A stretch of DNA of 64,000 nucleotides from Vicugna vicugna (GCA_013265495.1 MU058463.1:2193523-2257522); one strand, 5' to 3'; shown: positions 39,078 to 54,207, counted from the stretch's first letter. Made by a program: numbers and translations. The notes: generated from the sequence alone by a model not told the origin.

Positions 39078-39260
39078 TTTGATTACTTTTTAACTAAATT
39101 CATACAAGGGTTCAAGTTAAATTACATGTTTATTAAATAAGACGACGTCAATTTGTGGACTTTTTCCTTGATCATGTTGTTAAATAGTTCTATTTTTCAT
39201 TCTTAAACAATTACCTGAACAGCAAAAAAAAAAAAAACCAGGGGGAAGAGTGAGGTGGGA

Positions 39261-39286
39261 TGTGTGTGTGTGTGTGTGTGTGTGTG
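39261..39286. repeat. (TG)13 microsatellite
   Basis: Read directly from the sequence. Confidence 0.95.
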
Positions 39287-41847
39287 TATAAAATGAATCA
39301 GGCTCTGTGTCCTATCCAAACATCATCTCAAAAGTTACCTTCCCAATGTGTCCTATTTATGAGCCTCCTGAAAAAAAATGTGGGCAATAGCACATGAAAA
39401 TTAAAATATGTCTTTAATATAGTGACCAGGGTGATGAAAAGCTGCACAATGAACCACAACTTTTTCAGTCTGAAAGATAAAAGGATGACAAGAGGGCTTT
39501 GTTAAACACGTCTATAGTTAGTTTTTTATAGATGTATAATAAGTATTTTTAATGATAAGAAACTGTAAGCATTATGATTAACTAGCTGGAGGTCTAGCCT
39601 TCCTGTGTACAGACTACTGTTTCTTTTACTTTAATTGGTGTGTCTCCTAAAAATAGCCCTTTTTTCTACTGTAAGGTGATAAAATATTAATGTAATAACT
39701 AGAAGCATTGCTTTTGAGAAGCCAGAGACCTCACTGAATGTTTTCTAAACACACCAAGATGAGAACATATGGACGTGCTATGAAGCGTTGCTCAGTGGGT
39801 GGTACCCTGCACCGGGGCCTGGTGGGTTAGCCAGCAAGCAGTATGGCCTTTTTCTCTTCTCATTTCTTTTCTCTTCTTTTGTTTCAATTTGGGCTCAGAT
39901 CAGAATTATAAAGAGAGAACTGTAAGATTCTGGGGAAAAAATGTCTAAAATTGTACTTTAAAAAGTTTCTTAAGAGCTAATACATTTTGTACACTATCAT
40001 ATTCTGACTATATTTAGTACCAGAGGGCAAAACTGAGAAGCATTATTATTTGCAAGGAGATAAATTTTAGCTCAATAAACGAACTTTTAATTTTTTTAAT
40101 TAGAATTTTTTAAATTATTAGAGCATGAGCTTTTCTGTGAGGAAACAAATCCTTTGAGGCAGATTTTGGACGACTACCTGGCAAGACTGCTGCATGACCA
40201 GGATGACCACACAGCTGCTTCTCCCAGGACAGTCCCACTGTATGCTTGTTGTGCCAGGGCCCCACTCAACTGAGCATCTTCTCTGGCACTTACACTCTCA
40301 AAACAATTGTATGGTCAACCTACAAACAACAGGATTCTTGCCCTCTGTTGGAAATTAGTAGATGACAAAGGTCCCTAACTCTAAGTAACATGATCTAGGA
40401 AAAAACCTCTGGCAGTCTCTATCATTCAGTGTTGCCTTAGCTACCTGATTTAGAGAAGCAAACAGACAAGGCAGCAATACAATTGATCCACAGAGTCAAG
40501 CTACTCATTACAGTCACCCAAGAAGAACGTGAGCTACCTTATCTATGCTCCCAGGGATAAAGTAATACAGCTGGTGCTAAGAAATTTCTTCCGACAGCCC
40601 AAGTGTTCCAAACCAACAGCTCAGAAGCTAGGTTCCCAAAAAACACGGCTGCTTAGCAAACCAGATTTTCTACCAAAACTGAACTACAGCAGTCTTCCTC
40701 ATGCACACCCATACCATTAAGCAAATTAACAGAATCTTCTTAATTTTAGGCTTAATCCCCTCCCCCCAATTTTTTTCCACTACACTTTTGCTGCCCCTGG
40801 ATACTTTTCTGCTAGTGAAGCTAGCCTATGATAAAGCAATGATTAAGAAATTATACAAATGATTAGGAAGAACAAGTGAATATGAATGGGAAAACTGCAA
40901 GTTGGCAAATCATGCCTACTTTTCAGCTTTTTCTTTTGAAAGTAGTAGTTTGGTTGTAGTTTTGTATTTCATAATGTAATACAGGCATACTTTTGCTAGT
41001 AAAAGTCGTGCTGGTATGAGAGACTATCATTATTTCATGTTGCTCCACAAAGGGCACCTCATAATCTCCCAATCTGGCTCACATCAATTTAGCATGAAAA
41101 GACCACAGTGTCTGCCATAAATGTCTGTGTGTTTCATCACAGGAAGGTGTTCAGCCTCAGCCTCACGTTCTGTGGTTTTATACCAAAATATGTGTTACAT
41201 ATAACATATTTTACGTTTACTTTTTAAAGACTACATTTTTCAGATCTGGCCACTATCTTGGATTTTTATCTCAACAATGCAAGTAGCTTTTTGAGATGTA
41301 TTTATCATTGACTACGCTATCATCTTAAGCAATTAGGTTATCTGTGATAGACATGTGACTGCCTCCCTAAAATCTCCCATCCCTCTTTCATCACAGAGTC
41401 ACAGTAACTTGGGTGAGATTGAACCCACCCTGTTCTAAGACTAGACCCTGACTATCTCTGTCAGTCAGGAAAATGCTCTCCTTTGACACAACATGGACCT
41501 CCTTCTGGGCGGATGCCTAAAGATGGGCAAAAAAATAAGCTAATAAGACTGTCCAGTTAGAGGATATGCAAAACTGCTGTGGAAATGATGATCCAGAGCA
41601 ATTTCAGTGTTTGATTTCCTTAAGTGGCTTGGGGACCATAATTTAGAAACCCTAATGGAAAAGGTCCATCTATGTATTTTTTAAAAGCAGAAGAAATTTT
41701 AAATAATGTTTGAATTATAGAACTATTCAAATCCTGAGTTTTCAAAATAGTCCAATGCTCTGATTTTACAAGCTAACACACTGGTGTTTGTGAAGAAAAA
41801 AGTGCTGTCTGACATTTCAGTTCTACAAGGATCAGGCCATTAGCTAC

Positions 41848-42236
41848 TGCAGTGGCCCAGAGACAGTGCCCCCTGAGGGGAATTCGGGATGGAGAAAAAC
41901 AGGAAACATTCTGTGCTTTGGATCTACTGTCCCTTAGATAGTTAAGATGCATATCTAAGGAAACATTTCAAATGACCCAGATTCTTGCATTTTCTCATAC
42001 ACAGAAAAGCACTAAAATTATTAACTTAAGATGTCTGTTTTTTGTGGTTAGCAGTAATCTTTCTATGCTTAACTTCCCAGCAAATAAGGTTCATACATTA
42101 TCCTGGCTCCTCCCTTACCTCTTTAGAGCAGTTGCTCAGAGCTGAGAGGCCGCTTCCCAGCAACAGTCCTCAGTAAGGTCCCCGAATAAGACTGAACTCA
42201 CAATGTTTATGTTGTACATTTTTATTTCAGTCAACA
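41848..42236 (+). mobile_element. ERV1-type solo LTR (MER34/MER39-like)
   Basis: ..gatagttaagatgcatatctaagg.., cccgaataagactgaactcac, ends ttcagtcaaca. Confidence 0.6.
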
Positions 42237-45200
42237 TATCCTATCCAAAATAAGTCATAATAAATACAATGACAATGGCAACTTGTAATGAAGAGGTTTT
42301 CCTTTCTGTTTCCTTAATCAAATTAAATAAGAATACTCTGACAGATTCTCCAGAAAGTTTCTTACTTGCATGCACCAAAATAAGTCAGCAAATGTGGTAA
42401 CTAGGAAAATTTAAAAAGTAAAATTGGCTAAGAAGTATGCTTCATAATAAAATGATTGAGATCCAAAATAATGTATAGTAATAATATTTTTTTAAAAAGA
42501 TAACACCCGACTTGAAATAAGCCACCTTTCAGTAATCAAAATCTGAACATTCAAGAGGTTTTTAAAAGCAAAACTACTTAGGTACAAGGATGAAAAACAA
42601 GAGCTAGTAAACCTAACTGCAACCATTTCCTTCGAGGAAATTACCAGGCTGCAAGTTTGTGCTGTGCCCTAGAAGCTTAGAGACTCTTTAATTAGATCTG
42701 TAAATGTTATTACCTCCCAGTCAGCTTATGAGCTTCTGAAATTTAGGAAGTATGCTTTATTCATCTTGGTGTCCCCTAAAACGGGTAGCAGAGTTTAGGG
42801 CACAGCGTCAGCTTCACATTAAATGTGCAGTCCACTAAGACTCCCAGAGTTTTTCTTTTACCAAAAGACAAGAGTGCTTGGTCAATAATGGATGCACTCA
42901 ACATCTCAAGATCAATAATCGCACCATATATATTTCTATGATTTCCACGATGTTATTACACATAGTAGAAACCTGAAACAGTAAATCATTCAACTTTTGC
43001 GGGCAATCATCATAACTTAATAAGCAAGTATTTGTTCCCCAAAGCTTATTACTAAATTAAACTAATGGTGTTTCCCAAAAACCAAAGGTAAGTAAATTAA
43101 TAACAACCTAATCAAGAATATCAGTTCCAACACTACATCACACAAGTCTTTAGAATAACTACTCTAGAGACATTTTTATGACAGCTTGATAGAACAGTCA
43201 ACAGTAAGGAAAGCCACAAAAATCACAAGGAGCTATCCTCTCTCACTACAAAATCAGAGTGAGCAAGGCTAGGTCAAAGGATAGAGACAAACTACCCCAA
43301 AGTTCTTTACACACTGACAGAAGACGCATCAATGACTTAGAGCACAGAGCTGTAATGTGTTCATACACAGGACTTTTACTTACCAAAAGTAGTGTACTAT
43401 TAAAAAATATAGGTACAAAATCAGGTCACAAAAGGGGTAGTATTTTGATACAAGTTAATAAAAATGAAAACTCTAGGGAAAACCAGATTATATTAGACAA
43501 AAGAAATGAAACAAAGTACACAGTAGGAAAATGAATTATTAATTTTAAAAGTAAATATTTCTAATAATTAAAGAAGCAAAAACTGTATGTGAGAAAGGAT
43601 GGAGTAAAGTCGAACTACTGCCAGTAAGGGTATAAATTCATTAACCACCTTGAAGGGCAACTGGCAATTCCTAGTAAGACTGAAGGTGTACAGGACCCAG
43701 TAATTCCCCACTCCTAGATGTCAACACTAGAAAACTCTCACACTTGCACAAAAGGAGCCATGTACAAGGATGCTCGTGGCAGTACTATTTGTAATAGTGA
43801 GACACTGAAAACAATGGTCTGGTCAGCAAGCAATGAATAACTATTATCCCACGATTTATCTAACACAATTCATTTTAAACTGATGAATTAAATCTATATG
43901 AATCATCATCGATAAATCTTTAAAACGTCCTAAGTAAATAAAGCAAGCTGAAAAACTATAAACTGGTAAAATACTGTAACAAATATACTTTTACATACTC
44001 TAAAACTAAAATATCTGTTGTATACAGACACACATATATGTAATAAAAACACTGACAGGAATTATATACACCAACTTCAAGAGTGTAGAGAAAGGAATGA
44101 AAGGCTTAAGTTTATTTCAGGGAAGGGAAGGGAGGAATGCTCAAGACCAAAAACAAATATGGCAAAAATGCTAACATTCATTATCTCCACAGTGGATATA
44201 GAACTATCTTTTATATTATTTTCTAAACTTTTCTTTATGTTTAAAATGTTTCATAGTTTTAATATTTACTTGAAAAACAAAAAGCTGGCCCACCAAGTTG
44301 TCTTCCATATACAAAGTATACACAGCACCCAAGAGTCCTTGGGAAAAATTACTCCACGATAAAAATCAATCAGAAAGTTAAGTAAATAAAGAGCAATGAG
44401 AAAAGATGTGGTGATTAGCACCGAGTCCTTTCAAATACAGCACTAATGCTAAATATAGAGCAAAACTACTAAATAAATAGCTGCTATGAAACAGCAAACA
44501 TTATATACCTGAAAAAGTAAAAATATAAGCAACATAAAAATCAGGAACTGGGAAAAGAAGAGATGAAAAAAAGTATTAGAACCACTCAGCTCATCGTTCA
44601 CAGCAGGAATTTAATCTCTAACATCTAAAATTAAAATGTGCAGTTTTTTAAATTACTCTAGTTTCTCACTGGTTTTTATACTCTTAATTTTAGTAAAATC
44701 CTACAGAACCTAAGAACTCTATGGTAAAGAAACTTTTATCCAGAATTTACCAGTTCTTTAAGGATTTTTTCCTTGCTGTTAAATTCAAACAAAATTGTAT
44801 TTCATATTCTCATTTTTAAAATAGAATATCATTATTCCATTCTTATTATGTTATTCGTCTGTAAGCACAAACGCAATGATGCTCACCAAATGTCAACATA
44901 AGTTATTTCTGGTTGATAAGATTTGGGTGCCTAGATTGCTTTTTTCTTTGTACTCATACTGTCTGTATTTTTAAAAAAATTAGTCTGTATCACTTTCTAT
45001 AAAAAATAAAAGGTGATTACAAAACCTTTTATTACAAAAACACTCATACTTTAGCCTAGTAATTCTCATTTTAAGACTAAACCCAAAGAAACTAATCAGA
45101 AACTTAAAACAGGATGTCTTTTTAAAGCTGTTTATCATAGTGTTACAATAACTGAAAACTGGAAACAATCTATTCATCCAAAAGAGTACACACACTGTAT

Positions 45201-46309
45201 CAATATGACAGAACGTTATACAGCCATTTAAGATGGTGTTTCCAAAAGATACTTAATGACACAGGAATGCTCATGACACAGTGTTAAATAAGTAACAAGA
45301 CTGAGTGTAGATCTTTATTATTCATCTTATTTTAAATAAGATGAAACCTTAACAATTTCAAAATGACTGTTAACAGACAAAATGGGTAGCATGGGTGCTT
45401 GCGAGCTGTTTGTATTTTCTTTGGTTTTTTAAAACTTTTCTGTATTTTTTCTAAGTTCTCTGGAACAGAGATGAAAGAAAGTATGAAATGTTCTTTTCTT
45501 GTTCTTAATGTAGGACAGAATGTAATAAGTTAAAGAGATTTCCATCCATGCTTAAAGGAATAAGTTTCTACAAGTTAGAAAACTGACATTTGTAAAAGTT
45601 CTCAATGATACTTAAAAAAAAACACACACACACACACAGACTTTACACTCATCCATTCAATAACTTTTTATAACCTTTCTCACCTTCACAAGAAAAGAAA
45701 GCCAGGTACATAGACCTAGTTACGATAGACGATGTTTGTTATTTTCCATCAACCCGTTAACATTATCAATACATAAAGTAATACCAGCATGTATCCATTT
45801 GAGTGTGATGACATCCTAACGAAACCCATTTTAGAAGTCAAAATGATTCATAAGGGCTTTTTCTTTGTCTCTTTCCCACCTATAACAAGAGTTTTCTTCA
45901 AGGTGCCCTTTTGCCTTACCTAGTTGTTAATCACATTATATATTCATGTACATAATCTACAAAGGCATTCTGTTTTCACAGTAATACTATCTATTCCTTA
46001 GAACTCCAACGATAATGGCATGCCAACATTGTGAGCAACATATCACCAATGTTCCAATTGTTTTATTCTACAGTCTGATTAAAAAACAAAACAAAACAAA
46101 AAACTCTACAAACTCTCCACAAACAACTCTTGTGAGAAAACGCTCATTAAGCACCCAGCTTAGCTCAGTAAGCTGCCGGCTCACGTAACTGCTGTGTTGG
46201 TCACTATTCCTCCACTGCAGTCCTGTGTACACGTGTAGACAGAGCATCCTCCATCCAAATTAAACTCCAGGCACTATACTTTCACATCATCTGAATGCTA
46301 TAGAGTAGA

Positions 46310-47140
46310 AATGTGCAAGAACGAAAGGGACGTGTCACAAGGACAAAGGAGCAGATGGTCAAATCTGGGACAATCTGAGCCTCAAAATAAATGATGATAG
46401 TTTAAGATTATAACCAATAGAATCAAATAAAAATCCATGAATTCATACTGATATAAGTGAATAAATAAACTGGAGGCTAAGGGAGCAAAGAAATGACAGA
46501 ATTAGGAAATCACATTTGACAACCACCACCGTTATAACTCTTTTAGGCAATAATAACAAGTGAGCTCTAAAACCAATGGGTGAACATACTTATTTTTTTA
46601 AGGGACCTGTGTGGAGTATGCTATAAAATAACCAATATGAACCTTTCCAAAACATCAGTGTGATCCATGACGAAGAAGATTAAAGAACTGTTCTAGATTA
46701 AGGGAGATGAAAAGACACAATAACTAAGCACTATAACCAATCATAGGCTAGATCCTGATCTTAAAAAATACATTTATTTTCTTGTGCTATAAAAGACATT
46801 AGTAGGGAAACTAGTATCTTTATAGATTAGAGTATTGCATTAACATCATTGATTTTGATAACTGCACTGTAGTTTGTAAGAGAATAGCTTTGTTCTCAGA
46901 AAATATACACTGAAATATTTACATGTAAAGGGTAACATGTCTGCCATTCACTTTCAAATGCTTCAGAAAAAATAAGAGTGTATGTGAGTATATATACACA
47001 TACATAAAGGGACTATCACAAAGCATATGTGATAAAATGTCAATATCAGAGGAAGCTGAGTAAATGGCATACAGGAATTCTTTGTACTATTTTTCCACAC
47101 TTTTCAATAAGTCTAAAATTATTTCAAAATAAAGAAAAAC
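46310..47140 (+). mobile_element. Ancient L1 3' region (L1MC/L1ME-like)
   Basis: Degenerate motifs aggaattctttgtactattttt..ctaaaattatttcaaaataaa typical of old L1 3' ends. Confidence 0.55.
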
Positions 47141-48666
47141 AAAATGCTATATGACAAGAAAATAGAAAAATATATTCTATAAACAGATTAACTTAAAACT
47201 CTACAATTCTGGCTTCTTAACAACTTCCACTCTATCGCCAGAAAGCCCATATGATCATTAAAAATCTCTACACCTTCAGGCAATTTTACAAAATGATTTC
47301 TCCATATTTAATCAAAATCCTATTTTAGCGGGATGGCAGTACACCCCTCAAAAGCCTCTCAAATAAGAATGTTAATCCTCGCACTGCTCCCCCTTATCTG
47401 GCAACAAGAAAACAAGGGAAATGTTCTTGGATATTGACAGTTCTAAATCAAGAGCCTCTCCTGAAGTTCATGCTGTCTATACAGTCTGCCAGACTTTCTC
47501 TCATCCTGTTCTAAATATTTACAAGGGTCCAAATCATTCCCCAGTGAGTAAGACTTACAAGTCAGCACCCTAGCTCCAGTAGCATCCCCTCTACCTTAAT
47601 TCTTACCATAATAGAAGATAACTAAACCAGCTTAACACTTTAGCTATGCAACAGGAAGTAATGATATCCCAAGTTGAGTGGCCCAGTAACTACCTCAGTT
47701 CTCTACTTCCCTGACCTGATCATCATGTGGAACTGCTTCTGCTAGAAAATATTAGATTTCTGCATCTTAATTCCTGGTCACAGGCTCCTGGCCTCTACCT
47801 TTCTCACTCCGTTACTTCCACTAAGTCTATTCTTTGTGCCCTCTAAACTCGCTGCCACCTGGTTTTACTTTCTATCCTACATAGGCTGGACTATAAAGCG
47901 AAAACCTTGCTTGACATTCACCCTCAATTTCCTAGTTCCCATATCCTCTGCCATGTCTACCCTCACCGAGACCCAATATGGGATGAGCCTGTCTACTATC
48001 TCCCAGCAGGAGGGAAGCAAATCCTATAAATGTGTAGACTGGTGCCAAGGACAAATTTAGTTTCAACCCCAACAGGGCCATCATCACCATGGCAGGTGTT
48101 AAAGCTCCACCACCCTTCAAGTCCCCATCTCCAACCACGGGGCTCTGTCAAAATCTTTGCTTCCTATTTCACAGAGGAAAACAGGATTTCAAGCAAAAAT
48201 GTCTTCAACTTCTCTCCCCTGCATCTCTAAATTTAGCATATGGTTTCCACTCATATTCTTTGCTCCTAAATGCCAGACAGCCATACAGAAAAGATCCTGC
48301 CTCCCAAAGTATCATTTTTTTCTTTACATTATGTCTCTCCTTTCTTTTCTCCACTAACTTCTTTCTGCCCACGTGTATATTCTATTCACACCATACTTAA
48401 AAAAGAAAAAACCTGCCCCCAGATAAAATTAAAAATTTTTTCCCGTCCTTTTTGAACTACTTCCATCTTGCCCTTCTTTCCCTTCAGTGACAAACATCCT
48501 AGAAGAAGAAGAAGAAGAAATATTCTGTGTACTTCTAATTCTCATTTCCTCCTCAAACCATTAGCATCTGGCTTTTACTCAAACAGTTCTTGCTAAGACA
48601 ATGACCTTTTAACTGTTAAATCCAAAAACCTTTTTTCAGTACTCATCCTACCCCAAATCTCAAATA

Positions 48667-48823
48667 CAGTTGTCCCTGGATATCCTAGTTTTCCAGGACT
48701 CCCCACCCCCACCCTGCAGATACCAAGAGTCCATGGATGCTCAAATCCCTCATATAAAATGGTATAGTGCAGTCGGCCCTCCATCTCCACAGACTGCAGA
48801 ACCCAGATACGGAGGGCCGACTG
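48667..48823. mobile_element. MER2/Tigger-derived MITE with TA TSD
   Basis: TA|cagttgtccctggatatcc ... gatacggagggccgactg|TA. Confidence 0.8.
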
Positions 48824-51070
48824 TACGTTCAACACTGCTGAGTGTAGTTCTAATTGGTTTTCTTTCGCTTCCAGAGAATTAGTCCCTTCTGCTTGTCCTC
48901 CTATCTTTGACTGTTCATTCTGTTTCTTTTGAAGGGGTCCTTATTTTCCTCTGCCAACTTTAAAGAGTCCTAGAGAAAACTGAATCCAGAACTGTGGCTA
49001 CAGCCTCTTTCACATAGAGTGGACTGAAGCTCCAATCTACATAATTGATTCGCTTGATTTAGTTTTATTTGCAAGGGCATATGGCAACTAATCCCATGTA
49101 ATACTGATAAAGTTTTTATCATAAACATTCATTTGTCATTTACAAAATCAGCATGGTACACTGTCTTGTTTGACTTCACATCCTTTTAGATAATCAGGGA
49201 GTTGCTAAATGAACAGAAAAGAAGGTAATTTGATGCCAGAAAAATCTCAATTTAAGATATAGATCTACCACCTCCTGGATAATCTTGACTGGGTCTTTGA
49301 GCCTCTTCGACCCTTCTTTCTGTGATTCATTCATTTTCATTCAGTCAGTCAGTTATCAGTTCCTCTACCAATAGTTACTAAATACTTCATATGTTTGAGC
49401 TATTATACTGGTACTGGAAATGGGTACAAATACCAAACCATCCATTGCTAGAACTTTTAACAAGTCTCTGAGGCAAGGCCATAACACAGCATGACTAGAG
49501 CAGCGGGGGAATAAAGAAAAACGAAAGTTTGCCTATCCTATCACAGGAAAACCAGGGAACCAAGACCGGCAAGGCCGAAGTACCAACATGCTTCAGAGAC
49601 AGTTTTGTTCTTTCCTTAGCAAACACCAAAAAGCTAAGAACAGAATTCCCAAGCAAACTAAACAGTAAAGTATCAATTACTAAGACACGCTGCTGTCCGT
49701 GATTCATCCGGGAAGCACAGCACATGCTGAGATGCTACTGTAGGCAACAGTTAGAGGGCTCGCCCATCAAAGTGTTCAATGCCAAAGCAAACCCTCAAAA
49801 ACTGGCTGGTAAATAAAAATACACAATCTGAATAATTTCATAATATCAAGAGCCAAATAAACACACACACACATTCTCTCTCTGTTTCCCTCAAAAGTTG
49901 GCAGTGTGCCCCATACTGCTTCCCTCCATATATTTCTTTAATCCTGTGTAAACAGTACTTATTCTCAGGTTACAATGATCACTATAATGCCACCTTTCTA
50001 AAGGCACTTGTCAGTTAAAACAAAAAAAATACTGCTACACCAAGGTTTTCCACAACACTTGACATGATTAGCATTTTCTACTAAAAACTTACACACATGA
50101 ATTCATTATTGCATTGATTTGCACTGGGAGCAAATGATGTGCAAGACAAAATATAACTTGGGTCTTTGAAGAAACCAGAGCAAAAATACCATCCAGAGAG
50201 AAGCTGAGTAGGTGGTTCTCTATGGTACTCAAATTCCAATTGTCAGCAAACCTATCTCAGCCCACATAATAAAACGAATTTACCAAACAGTTTTAGAGGG
50301 GAAAAACCCTGGTAAACTAAAATTTTAACTTTAATTTTTTAAAGAGTGAATTTTTCTTTGAAGAGAAACCTTAGTTGGCATAACTAAAACATGGGAAAAG
50401 ACAGATCTGAAAATATTTCATTATACAGTAATTTTGTTTTTAATTAACTTAGTCAATGAAAAGCCCTGTGTAGGAATATATCATGTACCAACAAGCAAAA
50501 TAACAAAATACTGGCACAAACACTTCTGACTGTCTCAACCATCTACAATGGACTAAAAATATGAAGCACATTGCTTAAGTATATAGATTTTGGGATCAAC
50601 TTTTCTAGACTCAAATCTAGGCACCAGAACTTAACCAACTCTGTGAGCTGCTTGGGCCTCATTTTTATCATCTACAAAATGGAGTCTGTTTTCTCACAGG
50701 GTTTTCATAAGGATTCAAAAAAAAAAAAATAAGCACCTATTCTAAATACTTAGAATAATACCTAACATAGTAAAGGACTAATAAAATGTTACTTCAAAAA
50801 AGAGGCACTTTACATATATCATCTACTTCAGTTCCAACAACAATCCTCTGAGACGAATATATATAATGGAACAAACAAAACAACTGAACTGAAACATCTA
50901 ATTAGGGGCAAAGTCAACCAAACTCAGGTTTTACTGTCTCTAACTTCAGACTATTTCAAGGTATTTCCAATAAAAATTACTATGGCAGTAGTAATCTAAC
51001 TGCCATAGGATTCCCTTTATGAGTACTTCTGATGCTGATTCAAATACACACATACACATACACTACATAC

Positions 51071-51215
51071 TTTTTTTTTTTTTTTTGAGCAGAGAAAGGT
51101 TTATCGCGGGGCCAAGCAACGTGAATAGGTGGCTCGTGTTCAAAAACTCCAAACTCTCTGATGGTTTCAGGGAAAAGTTTTTACAGGCAAAATTTGAGGT
51201 GAGGGCTGCCAAGGG
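51071..51215 (-). mobile_element. Polyadenylated ERV-LTR-like fragment
   Basis: T16 followed by an LTR-like body (gagaaaggtttatcgcggggccaagcaa..ctctctgatggtttcaggg..gtgagggctgc). GATAAA lies 13 nt before the tail on the minus strand. Confidence 0.5.
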
Positions 51216-51599
51216 TACACACACATCCTTGAATCCACTCATCTAATTCTCTCTAGTGCTATTAATTATCCAATCAAGGCACCAGTACCCCTTACCTAAA
51301 CTATTGCTATAGCTTCCCAATTAAATGGCAAACCATGACATTTGAGAGGTCCCCAACGAAAAGGCTGGCTCACCAAGAAATGACACAACCTAGATCAACA
51401 AGTCAAGAACACACAAACACAGCTTACAGAATATAAATAAGCAAAGAAGGAATACCCCTCCCCCCAAAAAACTCCAATATGAAAGAAAAACAAAACAAAA
51501 CGAAAAATAGAGGAAGAAAGTTAATACAGGGAGTAGAAAAAGAAAGGTCTCAAAAATGTACAGTTTGCTCAAGTTCCAGCACAGCAGTGTTAGATCCCC

Positions 51600-54190
51600 T
51601 AACTCTCCCACTGACAGCAACTCTAAACTTGGAACAAAAGACCAAAAAACAACGACCTGAGCATTTTGAACATTAAAGAAAACAGGGACTGGCAGGGAGG
51701 TCAAACCTCGGAGAAGTAACCTCACAAAGGAGAGTTTCCCTCTGTGTTCTTTTGGCAGCTTCACTCTGAGGCAGAACCACAGTTGTGAAGAGGCACCTGT
51801 CTTGGGCCACTAAAACCCCAGCAGGATCCTTGCTATTTCCAGCCAGAGGAAGCAGGGAACGGAGCCCAAGCAGGCCAGAAAGTGAGGGGAAACCACCACC
51901 CCTCGAACCATGCTTGTGCAGAACTGACCTAAAACAGATGACTAAAAGCCTGAGGAATCAAGCTTAGATGTGAACCACTGCACACAGAATGTGAAACAGT
52001 GCTTACAATCCCAGGTTGAGCTGACTGCCTCTAAAACAAAACATGTACATTTTCCAGAGGACCACAGGAAAGAAGACCCAGGATAAAACCCACAAGTACT
52101 CGAAATACAAAATCATAGAAAATATAAATCATTCTCCAGGGAAAAGGCAATCAAGAGATGCCAATTCCAGCATGATTCAGATTCCAGTTACCATACAATG
52201 ATTTTAAAGCGGTTGTTACAACTCTGCTCTGGGAAGTAAAGCAGTATTACCCTGAAACCAATAAAATGACAGGGAATCTCAGCAAGTAAAGAGAAAAATA
52301 AATAAATACATAAACAAACAAACAAACAAAATTTAAAAATTTGATAGAAAAATAAAACAGATAAAATAAAAAATTCACTGGATGGGATCCATAGCACAAT
52401 GAAGACAACAGAAAAAAGAGCAAATTTAAATTGATTGACAGAATTTATCCATTCTAAAGAACAGAAAAGAAAAAGGATTGAAAAAATTAACAAGCTAACA
52501 AACAAATGAGCCACAAGGACTTTAAACCTTTAAAAGGTCTAGAAAATGTGTAATCTGAGGCTGAAAGGAAACAAGACTGGAGCAAGAAAAAAAATTGCAG
52601 AAATAACGTCCATAACTCTTCAAAGTAGTGAAGGAAGTAAATTTACAAATTCAACCTGAGTGAGGCTGAAACAGAAAAAATTCAAAGAAAACTACACCTA
52701 GACACATCGTAATTAAAACTTCTAAAAATCAAAGATAAAGAAGTTTTCGGAAACAGCCTGAAAAAAACCAATATACTACATACGGAGAAACAATGATTCC
52801 AATAACCACAGGTTTCTCATCAGAAATCATGGTCATCATAAGACAATGGAACAAAATCTTAAAGGGTTGAAAGGAAAAAAGAAAAAAAAATTCCACCAAG
52901 AATTCTACACCCAAGATATGTCTATATACTTTGGGAATGAAGGTTATTATTTAACCTGAAGACATTTCAAAGAAAAGAAAGATGAGAACTGACTAGAGCT
53001 GATCTTCACTTTAACCAATGAAAAAGGAAGTTCTTTAGATTGAAAAAAATTGATAACAAAGAGAAACTTGTTTCTTCAGGAATGAAGAGAAAGCACAAGG
53101 GACGGTAAATGTCTAAGTACACATAAAAGATTCTTTTTTCCTCTTAAGTTTTTTTTTAAATATGAGTTGCTATTTAAAACAAAACTGGTAATGTTCTCGT
53201 TGGGGTTTTCAGTGAATGTACAGGTAATGCAAATGACCACTACAGCATGGAGGCGGGCAGCGGGCAGGGAATACACAGACCTGCACAGCCACAAAGTCTT
53301 ACATCTTACATGAAGTGACAGGACATCAAATATATACATTCCTAGCTTCTCACATTTATTATCTTAGAGAAAGCACAAAAATAATCATAGTATTAACATT
53401 AATAACAGTAACAATAATGTAAAGAAGAATAGCAAAAGGGGACACTAAAGACAATTTTTTGATCAAATGATCCAAAAGGCAGCAGAAAAGGGTGAAAAGA
53501 CACACCAAAAAAAGAGGACAAACAGAAAACAAATAATACAACAGTAGAAGTAGACCAACCATATCAATAATTACATTAAATACAAACATTCCAGTTAAAA
53601 GGCAAAGGCTGCCACAGTGAATAAAAAAGCAAGACCCAACTATATGCTACCAACAAAAGACACACATTAAGGATTCAGACAGGTTGAAAGTAAACAGAAA
53701 AAGATACGCCCTGAGAAAAATAAGAAGGCTGGAATGTCTATATTAGTATCAAATAAAACAGACTTGACGACAAGGAGCATTGCCAGAGATAAAGAGGGGC
53801 ATTTTGTAATAACAGAGCTTCAAAACATGTGAAGCAAGAAATTGAGATAATTAAAGGGAGATAACTCCGCAGCCACAGCAGATTTTAACAGCCCTTTGCT
53901 TAGCAACTAGTAGAATAACACAAAAACAAAAATCAGTAAAGACACAGAAGATCAGAACAATACTATGAACCAACTTGATCTAATACTTATACATTATATC
54001 CAACAACTGAAGAATATACATTCTTTTCAACTGCACATAATACATTACCAAGATAATATAAAAAAAGCCTCAATAAATTTAAAAGAAATGAGATACACTG
54101 TGTTCTCTTGCCAGAAAAGAATTAAATTAGAATTAAAAAAAAAAGACAATCTAAAAAAAATCCCAAATAAATGGAAATCGAATGTAATTC
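51600..54190 (+). mobile_element. Old fragmented L1 (ORF1 and start of ORF2 endonuclease)
   Basis: A-rich plus strand with L1 motifs (acacctagacacatc, ttctcatcagaaatcatgg, aagcaagacccaactatatgct, agagataaagaggggcatt). Confidence 0.75.
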
Positions 54191-54207
54191 AAGAAATAGA
54201 GGATCCA

